Source: a bacterium
Lineage (GTDB): Bacteria; Bacteroidota; Ignavibacteria; SZUA-365
Direction of reading: 5' to 3'
Assembly (NCBI GenBank): GCA_020444325.1
Contig: JAHLLD010000001.1
Coordinates: 580,964 to 644,963 of the forward strand
Length of the DNA: 64,000 bases
A program made the translations under genes and the position numbers. Under the pieces are notes generated by a model. It saw nothing but the letters and a program-made list of their open reading frames with translations. It was not told the origin of the DNA and made no database searches. Of the stretch, positions 37,062 to 47,088 are shown piece after piece. Every line of letters begins with the position of its first letter. Positions within the stretch are counted from its first letter, which is position 1.

Positions 37062-38576
37062 ATGAAACGCGCATTGTCGATCTTTATTTTTCTCATGCTG
37101 GCCTGGTCAATGCAGGCCCAGGCGCAGGTTATTGAAGACGCCCTGCGGCTCTCGCACACCGGTACCGTGGTCGGTACACGGAGCGCCGGCATGGGAAATG
37201 CCTTTATCGGACTCGCCAACGACGCAACCGCGCTGTACTGGAATCCCGCGGGACTCGCGCAGCTGCGTATGCGGGAGTTTTCGGTCGGACTGGCGAACAT
37301 GGGTTACAGTAATGACGCCTCTCTCTTCAGCGTAACCGAAAACGGCGACAACAGCCAGATGGTACTCACCAACCTGAATTTCGCCGTGCCTTTCCCTGTT
37401 GTCCGCGGCAGCTTCGTTGTCGCAGCCGGCTACAACCGCATCCTCGACTACAATGGTGCCATGATGCTGGATGTATACAACCCGGAAAGCTCAATCCAGG
37501 CGTCGCTGTTCAACGAGGATTACGATCTGGATTTCGCCTGGAATCTCGGGCTGGAAGACGTGATTGTCGATTCGCTGCTCAACGAGAATCTCCCCGGCTG
37601 GCTGGCCATTCCCGTGGCCAACCGTGTTCAGCAGACCATCGACCAGTATGAAGAAGGCGGTCTGAATCAGTGGTCCATCGGCGGCAGTATGGAAGTCGCC
37701 CAGGGTGCCATGGTCGGCGTCTCGCTCAACGTCCTCAGTGGTTCTTACCGCTACGAGCGCACATTCATCGAAACCGATGTCAATAATGTGTGGCAGGGTG
37801 CCATCCTCGGTATCAATCCCGATCCCAATAGTACGAACGATATCCTGCGTACTGATTTCGATCGTCTCGATCTCTATGAGGAGATCAACCAGGACCTCTC
37901 CGGTTGGAACATGCGTTTCGGTTTCCTGTACAATTTCCGTGACAAGGCACGATTCGGCGTATCCATTCAGACCGCAAGCAGCATCACCGTGAACGAGGAT
38001 TATTACAAATCCGGCGACAGCTATTTTGCCGACGGTTCCGGTGAAGGCTACGACCTCACGTTCAGCAACCACAATTACGAAATCATCACCCCGGCAGTGT
38101 ACTCTTTCGGTGCCTCTGTCAATCCGGTGGAATCCGCCACCATAGCGGCCGATATCGAACTCGTGGATTATTCCAATATCGAATTCAATGCCAGCAACGA
38201 CCTCGACGCCTTTGCACTGAGCGAATTCAACCGCAGTATTCGTCAGGAGTTTCGTTCGACGAACAACTTCCGCGTTGGCGGTGAATTCCGCGTGCCCAAC
38301 ACCGGTCTCGCACTGCGGGCCGGTTTCGGATATCGCTTCTCACCCTACGAAGCCGATGAAGGAAAAAGCGAGTACAACGTGACGACACTCTCCGCGGGCG
38401 TCGGCTACACCTTTGAACATAATATTTCCCTTCAGGCCGCCTACGTGCACTCAAGCCTCGAGACCTTCAGCTACCCGTACATCGATCCGGATACCGATGT
38501 GCCGGAAAGCGCATTTACCGTCAACCAGGAAATTGCGGTTTCCCAGCTCATGTTCGGACTGGTTTACCGCTTCTGA
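37062..38576 (+). CDS. FadL/TodX/OMPP1-family outer-membrane beta-barrel protein (possibly PorV-like)
   Basis: Signal MKRALSIFIFLMLAWSMQAQA. GTRSAGMGNAFIGLANDATALYWNPAGLA matches the FadL N-terminal signature (G.G.A..G.A..DA.....NPA). It ends ...LMFGLVYRF with a terminal Phe. Confidence 0.65.
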   Translation: MKRALSIFIFLMLAWSMQAQAQVIEDALRLSHTGTVVGTRSAGMGNAFIGLANDATALYWNPAGLAQLRMREFSVGLANMGYSNDASLFSVTENGDNSQMVLTNLNFAVPFPVVRGSFVVAAGYNRILDYNGAMMLDVYNPESSIQASLFNEDYDLDFAWNLGLEDVIVDSLLNENLPGWLAIPVANRVQQTIDQYEEGGLNQWSIGGSMEVAQGAMVGVSLNVLSGSYRYERTFIETDVNNVWQGAILGINPDPNSTNDILRTDFDRLDLYEEINQDLSGWNMRFGFLYNFRDKARFGVSIQTASSITVNEDYYKSGDSYFADGSGEGYDLTFSNHNYEIITPAVYSFGASVNPVESATIAADIELVDYSNIEFNASNDLDAFALSEFNRSIRQEFRSTNNFRVGGEFRVPNTGLALRAGFGYRFSPYEADEGKSEYNVTTLSAGVGYTFEHNISLQAAYVHSSLETFSYPYIDPDTDVPESAFTVNQEIAVSQLMFGLVYRF

Positions 38577-38600
38577 CACAGGACGACACACCTGCATCAA

Positions 38601-38636
38601 CCCCGGGGCACTCACTGGCCGCGGGGTTTTTGTTTT
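38601..38636 (+). terminator. Candidate rho-independent terminator
   Basis: ccccggggcactcactggccgcgggg followed by tttttgtttt, immediately after the stop of the FadL-like gene. Confidence 0.4.
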
Positions 38637-38738
38637 CACGGCATTTACAGTGAGTCCACTTCATGCATTGCTTTATAATGCGTCTCCCACTATATTGCCT
38701 AGCTTGTATATCTGTTCTTTTTTCGTGGAGTATTAAAC

Positions 38739-40844
38739 ATGGGAATGATGACAAAAATGCGCGACAATGCGCACGTATTCATCATCGCTTTTATTGTCGT
38801 CTTCGTCGCCTTTTGGGTGATCAGTGATGTTGATATCGGTTCCATCATGCAGGGCTCTGCCAACGAAATTGGTAACGTGGGTGGGAAGTCCATCACGTAC
38901 CAGGAGTACCAGGCAGTAGTCGACCGCGTCGCCGAGCAGCGCCGCCAGCAGAATGAGGGACGTGAGCTTACAGAAAACGACTTCATGCAGATCCGTGAAC
39001 AGGTCTGGAATGATTTCGTCACGCAGTCCATCGTCGAAAATGCCATTGAGGAATTCGGCATCACGGTTTCCGATCAGGAAATCACGGACTGGGTGTGGGA
39101 CCTGAACAATCCCCCCGAACAGCTCGCACAGTATTTCAAGGACAGCACGGGCCGTTTCAACGCGCAGGCTTATGAGCAGTTCCTTCGCAATCCAGGTCCG
39201 GAAAATCAGGAGGCGCTCATCGCCGTTGAGCAGCAGCTCAAATCAGAACTGCTCCGCTCGAAGCTGACCAATATTCTCACCTCCTCTGTCATTGTCTCCG
39301 AAGATGACGTTCGCTGGAAATACATCGAGAATAATATCGATTTCAACGTCAGCTACGTGTTCTGGGATCCGCGCGTGTTCGCAGCCAGCGACACGAGCGA
39401 ACCGACGGATGCAGAATACCAGAGCTATTACGAGAAGAACAAGGATCGCTTCAAAATCGAAGACATGCGTGTTCTCAAGTATGTGCTCTTCCCGGATGCA
39501 CCTTCCAAGAGTGATACCGCTGCCGTGCTCAACGAGCTGAACAACATCAGCAAGATGGTGAGCGAAGGTTCGGATTTCCTCGAAATGGTTGAGCTAAACT
39601 CCGAGACTCCGTATGATTCCACCCAGTGGTCGACGCGTGAGAACGTCCCTGAGCAGGTTGCGGACAAAGTCTTCGATGTCCCTGTCGGCACTGTCGTCGG
39701 TCCCATCCCCAACGAGACCGGCCTGTCACTGTACAAGGTCATGGACTCCCGCACAGGCGATCAGAAGCTCTACAGCGCAGCGCACATTCTTTTCCGTACC
39801 GACGGCGGACAGGATGAGGCAGCGCAGAAAGCCAAGGCAGAAGAGGTGCTCGCCAAAGCAAAGTCGGGTGAGGATTTCGCAAAGCTCGCCGCGCAGTATT
39901 CCGAAGAACCGGGTGCCGCTGACCGCGGGGGGAAACTTCCCTGGTTCAGCAAGGGCCGCATGGTTCCGGAATTTGAAAACGCCGTCATGAATGCGCGTGC
40001 CGGACAGATCGTCGGTCCCGTCAAGACGCAGTTCGGCTACCATATCATCAAGGTGAACGGTTCATCCAACCGCGAAGTCAAGCTTGCGGAAATCCGGATG
40101 TCCATTCGCGCCGGCTCCCGTACCATGGAAGAGATTTTCGAGAAAGCGCGCAATTTTGCGTACTTCGCCAACGAAAACGGGTTCGAGCAGGAAGCCAATG
40201 CGCAGGGACTGCAGGTGCAGGAGACCGCGGAATTCGCGAAGCAGACTGGCTCGTATGTCCCGGGTATCGGTACAAATCCCGCCCTTATGCGCTTTGCTTT
40301 CGACAACAGTGTCGGTGATATCAGCGAGGTACATCGCGCCAGCAACGGCTATGTCGTCGCCATGCTCGCAGACACGCGCGATGCCGGCTATCGTCCGCTC
40401 GACGAAGTCCGCGATCAGATTCGCGCCCAGGTAATTTATGAGCGTCAGGTTGAAAAGACCTTTGACATAGCAAAGCAGCAGGACGCTGGTGGAAAGTCAC
40501 TTGACGCGCTTGCGAACAGCAGCCCCAATCTCAACGTGACCACACCGCCGCCATTCAAACTGCAGAACGGCGTTCCCAATATCGGTCCCGATCAGGCTTT
40601 CATTGGAAAGATGCTCAAGCTCGAGCCCGGCAAGTCGACTGCTCCGTTCCGCGGCCTGCGTGGTATCTATGTTGTCCGCCTGCTCTCGAAATCTGATTTC
40701 GACGACACGGCATACAAGGTGAAGAAAGATGAACTGCGCAAGCAGGAGCTTTCCTCTCTGCAGAACGAATTTGTTCGTTCCTGGATCGAAGAAAAGCGTG
40801 ACGATATCGACATCGTCGATAATCGACATAAATTTTTCCGCTGA
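38739..40844 (+). CDS. ppiD: Membrane-anchored periplasmic chaperone / peptidyl-prolyl isomerase PpiD (SurA-like)
   Basis: N-terminal TM anchor (VFIIAFIVVFVAFWVI). Parvulin domain AAHILFRTDGG...GGKLPWFSKGRMVPEFENAVMNARAGQIVGPVKTQFGYHIIKV. 701 aa. Confidence 0.8.
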   Translation: MGMMTKMRDNAHVFIIAFIVVFVAFWVISDVDIGSIMQGSANEIGNVGGKSITYQEYQAVVDRVAEQRRQQNEGRELTENDFMQIREQVWNDFVTQSIVENAIEEFGITVSDQEITDWVWDLNNPPEQLAQYFKDSTGRFNAQAYEQFLRNPGPENQEALIAVEQQLKSELLRSKLTNILTSSVIVSEDDVRWKYIENNIDFNVSYVFWDPRVFAASDTSEPTDAEYQSYYEKNKDRFKIEDMRVLKYVLFPDAPSKSDTAAVLNELNNISKMVSEGSDFLEMVELNSETPYDSTQWSTRENVPEQVADKVFDVPVGTVVGPIPNETGLSLYKVMDSRTGDQKLYSAAHILFRTDGGQDEAAQKAKAEEVLAKAKSGEDFAKLAAQYSEEPGAADRGGKLPWFSKGRMVPEFENAVMNARAGQIVGPVKTQFGYHIIKVNGSSNREVKLAEIRMSIRAGSRTMEEIFEKARNFAYFANENGFEQEANAQGLQVQETAEFAKQTGSYVPGIGTNPALMRFAFDNSVGDISEVHRASNGYVVAMLADTRDAGYRPLDEVRDQIRAQVIYERQVEKTFDIAKQQDAGGKSLDALANSSPNLNVTTPPPFKLQNGVPNIGPDQAFIGKMLKLEPGKSTAPFRGLRGIYVVRLLSKSDFDDTAYKVKKDELRKQELSSLQNEFVRSWIEEKRDDIDIVDNRHKFFR

Positions 40845-40932
40845 TGCCTCACGGCGCGGTGGAACTTTTCGCAGCCGCTTCCGATTTTGTGGAGTAGCAC
40901 GCGATTAGCCTGACCACGAACTGAGGAACAGA

Positions 40933-41676
40933 ATGCGCATCCCCCGGTGGAAGTACACGACAGTTACGAAACACCGGGGGATGCTGTTTTTTATCCTCAT
41001 CCCTCTGCTCGTCTCCGGCGTCGCAACAGCGCAGGAGGGGACAGACGCGCAGCACAGGCTCCATTCCCTCTCCTTCTTCGGCGGCATTGTCGAAGACTCC
41101 CAGATCTTCCTCTCTCCCCAGTCACCGGATCCGGTAGAACGTCAGGCAAACACGGATATCGGCAGTACCTTCGGATATGGACTCAGTTACCGGTACCGCC
41201 TTTTTTCCACCGTGGCGCTGCAGCTGCACGGGGAATACGTGCACGCACGCAGTTCGTATCGCGATCAGGTGGGTACGAAGATTGAAAACGGCTACGATGT
41301 CTGGATCGCGGAAGTCAGTGGGATGTTCATGCTACCGTTCAGCAGCAGAAGATTTGAAATGTTTGTCGGTGCAGGGGCAGGGATGTATGTCGGACGCCGC
41401 GTGTATGTGATTGCGGATGTATCTTCCGAAACGGCCTCTTCACTCCCCGCTTTTGGTATCCACGTTCTGGTCGGTGCCGAATATCTGTTGACCGATCATC
41501 TCGGACTGCGTGCCGATATCGTCTTTCGTGATCCACAGATGTCGGTGGAAAACCGCTTCCCGCTGTCCACGGTACAATCCAACGGCGTTGCCTACCCGTT
41601 GGAGACCTCCCCGTTTCTCTCCCACGTAAATCTCAACGGGAATGTGTATGCGATCGGGATTTCCTGGCACTTCTAG
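40933..41676 (+). CDS. Small outer-membrane beta-barrel protein (OmpW/porin-like)
   Basis: Signal ...MLFFILIPLLVSGVATAQ. About 230 aa with alternating hydrophobic strands. C-terminal ...YAIGISWHF. Alternative start at 40981. Confidence 0.5.
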   Translation: MRIPRWKYTTVTKHRGMLFFILIPLLVSGVATAQEGTDAQHRLHSLSFFGGIVEDSQIFLSPQSPDPVERQANTDIGSTFGYGLSYRYRLFSTVALQLHGEYVHARSSYRDQVGTKIENGYDVWIAEVSGMFMLPFSSRRFEMFVGAGAGMYVGRRVYVIADVSSETASSLPAFGIHVLVGAEYLLTDHLGLRADIVFRDPQMSVENRFPLSTVQSNGVAYPLETSPFLSHVNLNGNVYAIGISWHF

Positions 41677-41724
41677 GTGCATGGAATTCCATACGCGCCA
41701 CAATCTTCCTTTCCCTCCGGCTCT

Positions 41725-43356
41725 CTACATTTTTTCCGGGGCACTGATACCGATGATGGAAAATCCGTTGGCCAGTACCTGCCTGGTCGCGTGGCACAGG
41801 GCGATGCGTGCGGCACTGAGCGCCTTGTCTTCCGTAACAACCCGGCAGTCGTGATAGAACTTGTGGAACGCCGTCGCCGCGTTGTGCAGGTATGTGCAGA
41901 TATGCTGGGTGTCGTAGGTTCTCGCCGACAGCTCAATAATTTCACCGAACTGCAGCAGTACTTTGATCAGCGCAATTTCCGATTCATGCTGCAGCAGATC
42001 ATATTGCCCCTCTGTTGCTGCACCCATGCCTTCACTTTCAGCAAAGCGGAGAATGCTCGCGATGCGTGCGTGCGCGTACTGGAGATAGTACACCGGGTTG
42101 TTCTCGCTCTGCTCCTGCGCAAGACGGATGTCGAACTCCAGGTGTGAACTGGCGCCGCGCATGATAAAGAAATATCGGACGGCGTCGCTGCCGACGTCTT
42201 CAATGAGGTCATCGAGCGAATACACATTGCCCGATCGCTTGCTCATCTTCACCGTTTCACCCTCATTGACAAAGCTGACCATCTGGTGGATGATGACGTC
42301 GACGTGGTCAGTGGAGAGTCCGAACGCGCGCACGGCTGCGAGCACGTCGGGTATGGTCGCGATATGATCGGCGCCGAAAATATCGATGATGCGGTCGAAA
42401 CCGCGGAGAATTTTTTCCTTGTGATACGCGATATCGGGAAGACGGTAGGTGGGTTCACCCGTGCTCTTGACAATGACGCGGTCTTTGTCGGCCCCGAATT
42501 CCGTAGTCTTCAGCCAGACCGCGTCGTCTTTGTCGTAGGCCAGTCCTTTTTCCCTGAGATCCTTGAGCACCGCGTCAATTTTCCCTTCGCTGTAAAGACT
42601 GTCTTCATTGTAGAAGACGTCATGCTTGACCTGCAGGTGATCGAGCGTTTTCCTGATGGCAGCAAAGCACCACTGTTCGCCTGCTGAGCGGAAGAAATCC
42701 AGTTCCGCCGTCATTTTGCCATCGCCGTGCTCATCGGCAATTCCCTGTGCGATTTCGCGTATGTAATCGCCGGCGTAATGAATGTTTTCTTCCTGCTCCG
42801 CCTCGCCGAAAAGCGCGCGATAGCGCTCGCGCACGGTGATGGCGAGATTCTGCATCTGGTTGCCCGCGTTGTTGAAATAGTATTCGCGGGTAACCTTCCA
42901 TCCCGTCCATTCCAGCAGAGAGCACACCGTTTCGCCGATACACACCTGTCGTCCGTGACCTGCATGCAGGGGACCTGTCGGATTGGCGCTTACCCATTCC
43001 ACATTGACGGTTTTCCCTTCAAAGGCATTGCTCGCACCGTATCTGTCGCCCTGGGTGAGGACGGCGGTGAGTCCCTCATAAAGATAATTCTGCGCGAAGC
43101 GGAAATTGATGAATCCCGGTCCCGCGATTTCCACTGCAGCAATACGCGTGCTGTCGAGTTCCAGTGTATCGACGAGCTCCTGCGCGATCTGCCTGGGATT
43201 CTTCTTCGCCACGCGTGCGAGCGTCATTGCGATATTGCTCGACAGGTCACCGTGCTCCGCGACCTTGGGTTTTTCAAATTGTATATCCGCTTCAGACGGA
43301 TCAATTCCGAGAGCGGACAACGCCGTCTCGATGCTGCGTTTGAGATAGTCTTTCAT
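41725..43356 (-). CDS. argS: Arginine--tRNA ligase
   Basis: HIGH-type motif SANPTGPLHAGHGR. KMSKRSGN carries the KMSKS motif. The C-terminus has the DALR anticodon-binding pattern. True start MKDYLKR (ATG at 43356); the listed ORF extends 26 codons upstream. Confidence 0.9.
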   Translation of the reverse strand: MKDYLKRSIETALSALGIDPSEADIQFEKPKVAEHGDLSSNIAMTLARVAKKNPRQIAQELVDTLELDSTRIAAVEIAGPGFINFRFAQNYLYEGLTAVLTQGDRYGASNAFEGKTVNVEWVSANPTGPLHAGHGRQVCIGETVCSLLEWTGWKVTREYYFNNAGNQMQNLAITVRERYRALFGEAEQEENIHYAGDYIREIAQGIADEHGDGKMTAELDFFRSAGEQWCFAAIRKTLDHLQVKHDVFYNEDSLYSEGKIDAVLKDLREKGLAYDKDDAVWLKTTEFGADKDRVIVKSTGEPTYRLPDIAYHKEKILRGFDRIIDIFGADHIATIPDVLAAVRAFGLSTDHVDVIIHQMVSFVNEGETVKMSKRSGNVYSLDDLIEDVGSDAVRYFFIMRGASSHLEFDIRLAQEQSENNPVYYLQYAHARIASILRFAESEGMGAATEGQYDLLQHESEIALIKVLLQFGEIIELSARTYDTQHICTYLHNAATAFHKFYHDCRVVTEDKALSAARIALCHATRQVLANGFSIIGISAPEKM

Positions 43357-43430
43357 ATGCTGTCTATGTAGGGGGGAGTGAGAATACTGTACCTGGACGC
43401 GGGACACATCATCCTGATCATGCCTGCGCG

Positions 43431-43778
43431 TCATTCATCATGGACCTGCGTGACGGGGGCATCGCCCCAGAGCCGTTCGAGGTCATAATATTCCCGCACT
43501 TTCGGCTGAAATACATGCACCACGACATCGACGAAATCGAGAAGCACCCACTGGAGATTGTTGAGTCCTTCCTTTCGCCATACTTTCACGCCGATTTCCA
43601 CGGCGCCATCCATTACCGCATCTGCAATTGCCTTCACCTGTGTGTCGGATTCCCCACTGCAGACGACGAAGAAATTCGTGACGTCCGAAAGTCCCGTAAG
43701 ATCCATGATGACGACATCCTGCGCCTTTTTCGACAGGGTCAGTTCCGCTGCTTGCCTGGCAAATTCTTTCGCTTCCAA
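43431..43778 (-). CDS. rsfS: Ribosomal silencing factor RsfS (Iojap)
   Basis: 115 aa. DVVIMDLTGLSDVTNFFVVCSGESDTQVKAI...WVLLDFVDVVVHVF is the conserved Iojap/RsfS core. Confidence 0.85.
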   Translation of the reverse strand: MEAKEFARQAAELTLSKKAQDVVIMDLTGLSDVTNFFVVCSGESDTQVKAIADAVMDGAVEIGVKVWRKEGLNNLQWVLLDFVDVVVHVFQPKVREYYDLERLWGDAPVTQVHDE

Positions 43779-43799
43779 TATCTACCTGATTGTTTCTCT

Positions 43800-44273
43800 T
43801 TACTTGGATGGTTTGAGGGACTCGTAATCGCGTCCTATGACAACAGACACGTTGAGATAATAATCCGGATTTATCTGCTGAACAATGTTCTTTTCATCGA
43901 TTCCGAGTGCATATGCCACTTTTCTCGCGGCCGCGAGATCACCGGTGCGATCAATGACGAGGGACTGCTCGACATCAAACGTCTTGTAATTCGACGACTG
44001 CACCACATCGAAATTCCTTTTTCTCAGGAAATCCGTGAAATCCTGAGCAATGCCTGACACACCGCAGCCGTTGAGGACATCGAGCTGGATGATTTCACCC
44101 GCGGTTTCTCCCTGCTCTGCATTTTCCGTCGTCCACTCCACCGGCTTGTTCACGATGGAATTTGTGATAAACGAGTACAGGAGGAAAAAAACGACGATGC
44201 TCAGCAGCGCGATGAGAATATTGAGAAAAAGATTTTTCGGACTCAGCTGTTTTTTCTTTTTGACCCTGGCCAT
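43800..44273 (-). CDS. LytR_C domain-containing membrane-anchored protein
   Basis: MARVKKKKQLSP plus a TM segment, then IQLDVLNGCGVSGIAQDFTDFLRKRNFDVVQSSN...VIGRD, the LytR C-terminal domain pattern. The listed ORF extends 48 codons upstream. Confidence 0.6.
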   Translation of the reverse strand: MARVKKKKQLSPKNLFLNILIALLSIVVFFLLYSFITNSIVNKPVEWTTENAEQGETAGEIIQLDVLNGCGVSGIAQDFTDFLRKRNFDVVQSSNYKTFDVEQSLVIDRTGDLAAARKVAYALGIDEKNIVQQINPDYYLNVSVVIGRDYESLKPSK

Positions 44274-44340
44274 GAGGCAAATATACATAAAAAAAAGCCG
44301 TGCACACGGCTTTTCGTGAATACCACTGTGTGTCGGCGAT

Positions 44341-44859
44341 TTATTCGTCGTCGAAGTCATCAGACATGAAAAGCCCCGTTCCACCAAACATTCCATATCG
44401 CCCATAGGAACTGCCATACGGATAGTACCCGCCGAAAGGATAGCTGTTGTATTGCAGGCTGATGTTCATATCCTTGCTCGGTTTGTAGTCAATGCTCGCG
44501 CGGCGCAAAAATATGCCACTGATATCGTTCTTGAAGCTTTGACTGGCTGATCCGAACGGCGAAAACATCATGGAGATGTCGGCACGCACGGACAGCGGTT
44601 CCGCTATTCTGTAACGGAGACTGTTGGTGTACATTGACATTCCCAACCCCTGGTCTCCCATCATTCCATAACTGAAAGAAAGACTGTGTCGCATCTCGAG
44701 ATTTTCCGGGTGGAAGAACCCGAGAATAGGTGCACTGCCGCTCTCCTGGTACATGCCGTCGGAAACCGAGGGACGACGCGGCTCTTCACCCCTGAACTGC
44801 GCCTGCAGCAGAACGGGGACAAAAAGGAAGAGGAGTATCGTAGTAAAATGACGCTTCAT
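44341..44859 (-). CDS. Hypothetical small secreted protein
   Basis: Signal MKRHFTTILLFLFVPVLLQAQ. Gly/Tyr-rich C-terminus. Confidence 0.45.
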   Translation of the reverse strand: MKRHFTTILLFLFVPVLLQAQFRGEEPRRPSVSDGMYQESGSAPILGFFHPENLEMRHSLSFSYGMMGDQGLGMSMYTNSLRYRIAEPLSVRADISMMFSPFGSASQSFKNDISGIFLRRASIDYKPSKDMNISLQYNSYPFGGYYPYGSSYGRYGMFGGTGLFMSDDFDDE

Positions 44860-45350
44860 GGTGTTTACTTTCGTCCTTGAAATACTCTCGAATTCTACGC
44901 AGGACAGGGCAAAAAAACAAGTCACAGCCTCGTCCCGCAATCTGATTTCAGGGCCTGAATAACCGTAAAATTTGAACAGAAAAAACTTCAATTTTTTTTT
45001 CCCCCGTAAGTCATTACGGCACCCATACTTTGAAAAAATCAAGTCCTCACAAAGATTTTTTCATATTGAAATTCACTCGCGCGGTCTCTATACTAGTTCA
45101 CATCCACAATGGCTTTTGAGGTGTGGATAAGTTGTGAATAACACCTGTTGAAATCCATACATACGTGTCCCTTCCGTCCGGATCGGGTTTGATTCCCGGA
45201 ACGACACTCTGAGACACCCCTGACGCTCTTTCTCTAAAACACAAAAAACAAAAGATTTAGCGGAATTCCGGTTAAATCTCAGGGGGTGCTGTTGTTTTTT
45301 CTCAGCAGGAACTATTTGAGCGCAATAAAACGGATTTTTGTCTTAATTCT
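44860..45350. promoter_or_regulatory. Candidate oriC half upstream of dnaA: AT-rich tracts that could act as a DNA-unwinding element, plus DnaA boxes
   Basis: A 491-bp gene-free region before dnaA. It has poly-A/T tracts (aaaaaacttcaattttttttt; aaagattttttcatattgaaatt), a perfect DnaA box tgtggataa at 45122-45130 and a 7/9 box acatccaca at 45100-45108. Gene orientation switches here. Confidence 0.5.
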
Positions 45351-46802
45351 GTGAATAACTCCTCGCCCATGAACGTTGCAACCGAGAATTCTGCCGCCTC
45401 CGCATGGAGTGCATGCCTGGAATTCATCAAACCGCAGATCAAATCCCTTACATTCAAAACCTGGTTTGAACCCATCCTGCCCACCAGTCTGCAGAGCGGA
45501 CTGCTGACGGTAGAGGTTCCCAGCACCTATTTCTACGAATGGCTCGAAGAGCATTTCTTCGACCTCATTCAGGCAGCATTGCACGAGGTTCTTGGAGACG
45601 AGGCCAGACTGCAGTACGCGGTGAAAATTCCCAAGGATGAGAAGCTTTCTCCCGCCGTACAGCATAATCCGTATCCAACGGGGGCAACCGGTGGAGCGGC
45701 AACCATGGGCGCGCAGAATGGTGAAATGCGACATATGCGTTCCGATTCTGCCCCGCGGCGTGATCCATTCGTTACCAATCTCAATCCGAAATTCACTTTC
45801 GACAGTTTCATCCGCGGCGATGGCAATCAGTTCGCGCGCGCAGCCGCACTCAATGTCGCAAACAATCCGGGCGAAACCGCATTCAATCCCCTCGTGCTGT
45901 ACGGGGGTGTAGGACTCGGAAAGACGCATCTGATCCAGGCGATCGGCAACTACGTTTCGATGAACAATCCCCAGAAACGGGTCTACTACGTCAGCAGCGA
46001 GAAATTCACCATCGACTTCGTCGAGGCCATCGAGAAAAACAACACCATTGAATTTTCGAATTTCTATCGCAGCATGGATGTGCTCATTCTCGATGACATT
46101 CAGTTTTTCTCCGGGAAGGAAAGAACGCAGGATACCTTTTTCCACACCTTCAACACGCTGCATCAGCTCAAGAAGCAGATCATTCTTTCTTCCGATCGTC
46201 CGCCCAAAGACCTGGTCGGACTGGATGAGCGTCTGATTTCACGCTTCCAGTGCGGACTCACCGTTGATGTGCAGCCGCCTGATCTGGAAACGCGCATCGC
46301 CATTCTGCGTAAAAAAGCGGACGGCGATCACATAGACATTCCGCAGGAAGTAATAGAGTTCATCGCCTCGAACGTCAAATCGAACATTCGCGAACTCGAG
46401 GGCTGCTATATTGGACTGATCGCGCGCCATACGCTTGAACAGTGTCCCCTCGATGTCAATCTCGCAGAAAAGGTTCTGCGCAACGTGATTGATTCGGAAA
46501 AGAAAGATATCACGGTAGAACAGATACAGAAAATGGTGGCGGATCACTTCAAAATCCCCGAGAATTCGTTGCGCGCCAAAACCCGGAAGCAGGAAATTGT
46601 GCTTCCACGCCAGGTGGCGATGTATCTTTCAAAGAACCTCACGCGGGCTTCGCTGAAAACCATTGGACTGCACTTCGGTGGACGAGATCACAGCACCATT
46701 ATCCATGCGTGCAAAACCATCGAGCGCAGTATTGCCAGTGATGACTCACTGCGTATGCATGTGGAAAAACTGGAAAAACAGATTTCCTATATTTCGCGCT
46801 GA
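45351..46802 (+). CDS. dnaA: Chromosomal replication initiator DnaA
   Basis: Walker A GGVGLGKTHL, AAA+ core, and a C-terminal DNA-binding domain (...LPRQVAMYLSKNLTRASLKTIGLHFGGRDHSTIIHACKTIE). Confidence 0.9.
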   Translation: MNNSSPMNVATENSAASAWSACLEFIKPQIKSLTFKTWFEPILPTSLQSGLLTVEVPSTYFYEWLEEHFFDLIQAALHEVLGDEARLQYAVKIPKDEKLSPAVQHNPYPTGATGGAATMGAQNGEMRHMRSDSAPRRDPFVTNLNPKFTFDSFIRGDGNQFARAAALNVANNPGETAFNPLVLYGGVGLGKTHLIQAIGNYVSMNNPQKRVYYVSSEKFTIDFVEAIEKNNTIEFSNFYRSMDVLILDDIQFFSGKERTQDTFFHTFNTLHQLKKQIILSSDRPPKDLVGLDERLISRFQCGLTVDVQPPDLETRIAILRKKADGDHIDIPQEVIEFIASNVKSNIRELEGCYIGLIARHTLEQCPLDVNLAEKVLRNVIDSEKKDITVEQIQKMVADHFKIPENSLRAKTRKQEIVLPRQVAMYLSKNLTRASLKTIGLHFGGRDHSTIIHACKTIERSIASDDSLRMHVEKLEKQISYISR

Positions 46803-47088
46803 CCCGTCCACATTCGGTGGAATACGCTGTGGATAACCCCTTCAGGCAATGTTTCCGATGTGGAACATTGCCTTTTTCTTTGTTTTGGATTGCAGCAATT
46901 TCTGATAATGTTTTCCACACACAGTCCCCACACAGCTTGTACACATCAAGGATTTTCTCACGGGAATCCGGGTTATCTTATTGCAGGACAACAGTTACCT
47001 CTCGCCAACCACGGTTATCCACATATCCACATTCCTAATAATAAGAGCATATTTATTTATGAGAAATCCATGTTCATATCATTAGGGC
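46803..47088. promoter_or_regulatory. DnaA-box cluster downstream of dnaA (second half of oriC)
   Basis: Perfect DnaA boxes tgtggataa at 46828-46836 and ttatccaca at 47015-47023. 8/9 boxes ttttccaca at 46911-46919 and atatccaca at 47023-47031. The surrounding sequence is AT-rich. Confidence 0.6.

Noticed and set aside
45160-45200. tRNA-like T-arm fragment (gggtttgattcccgg) in the oriC region
   Set aside because: There is no matching acceptor or anticodon stem around it. It is an isolated short match only.
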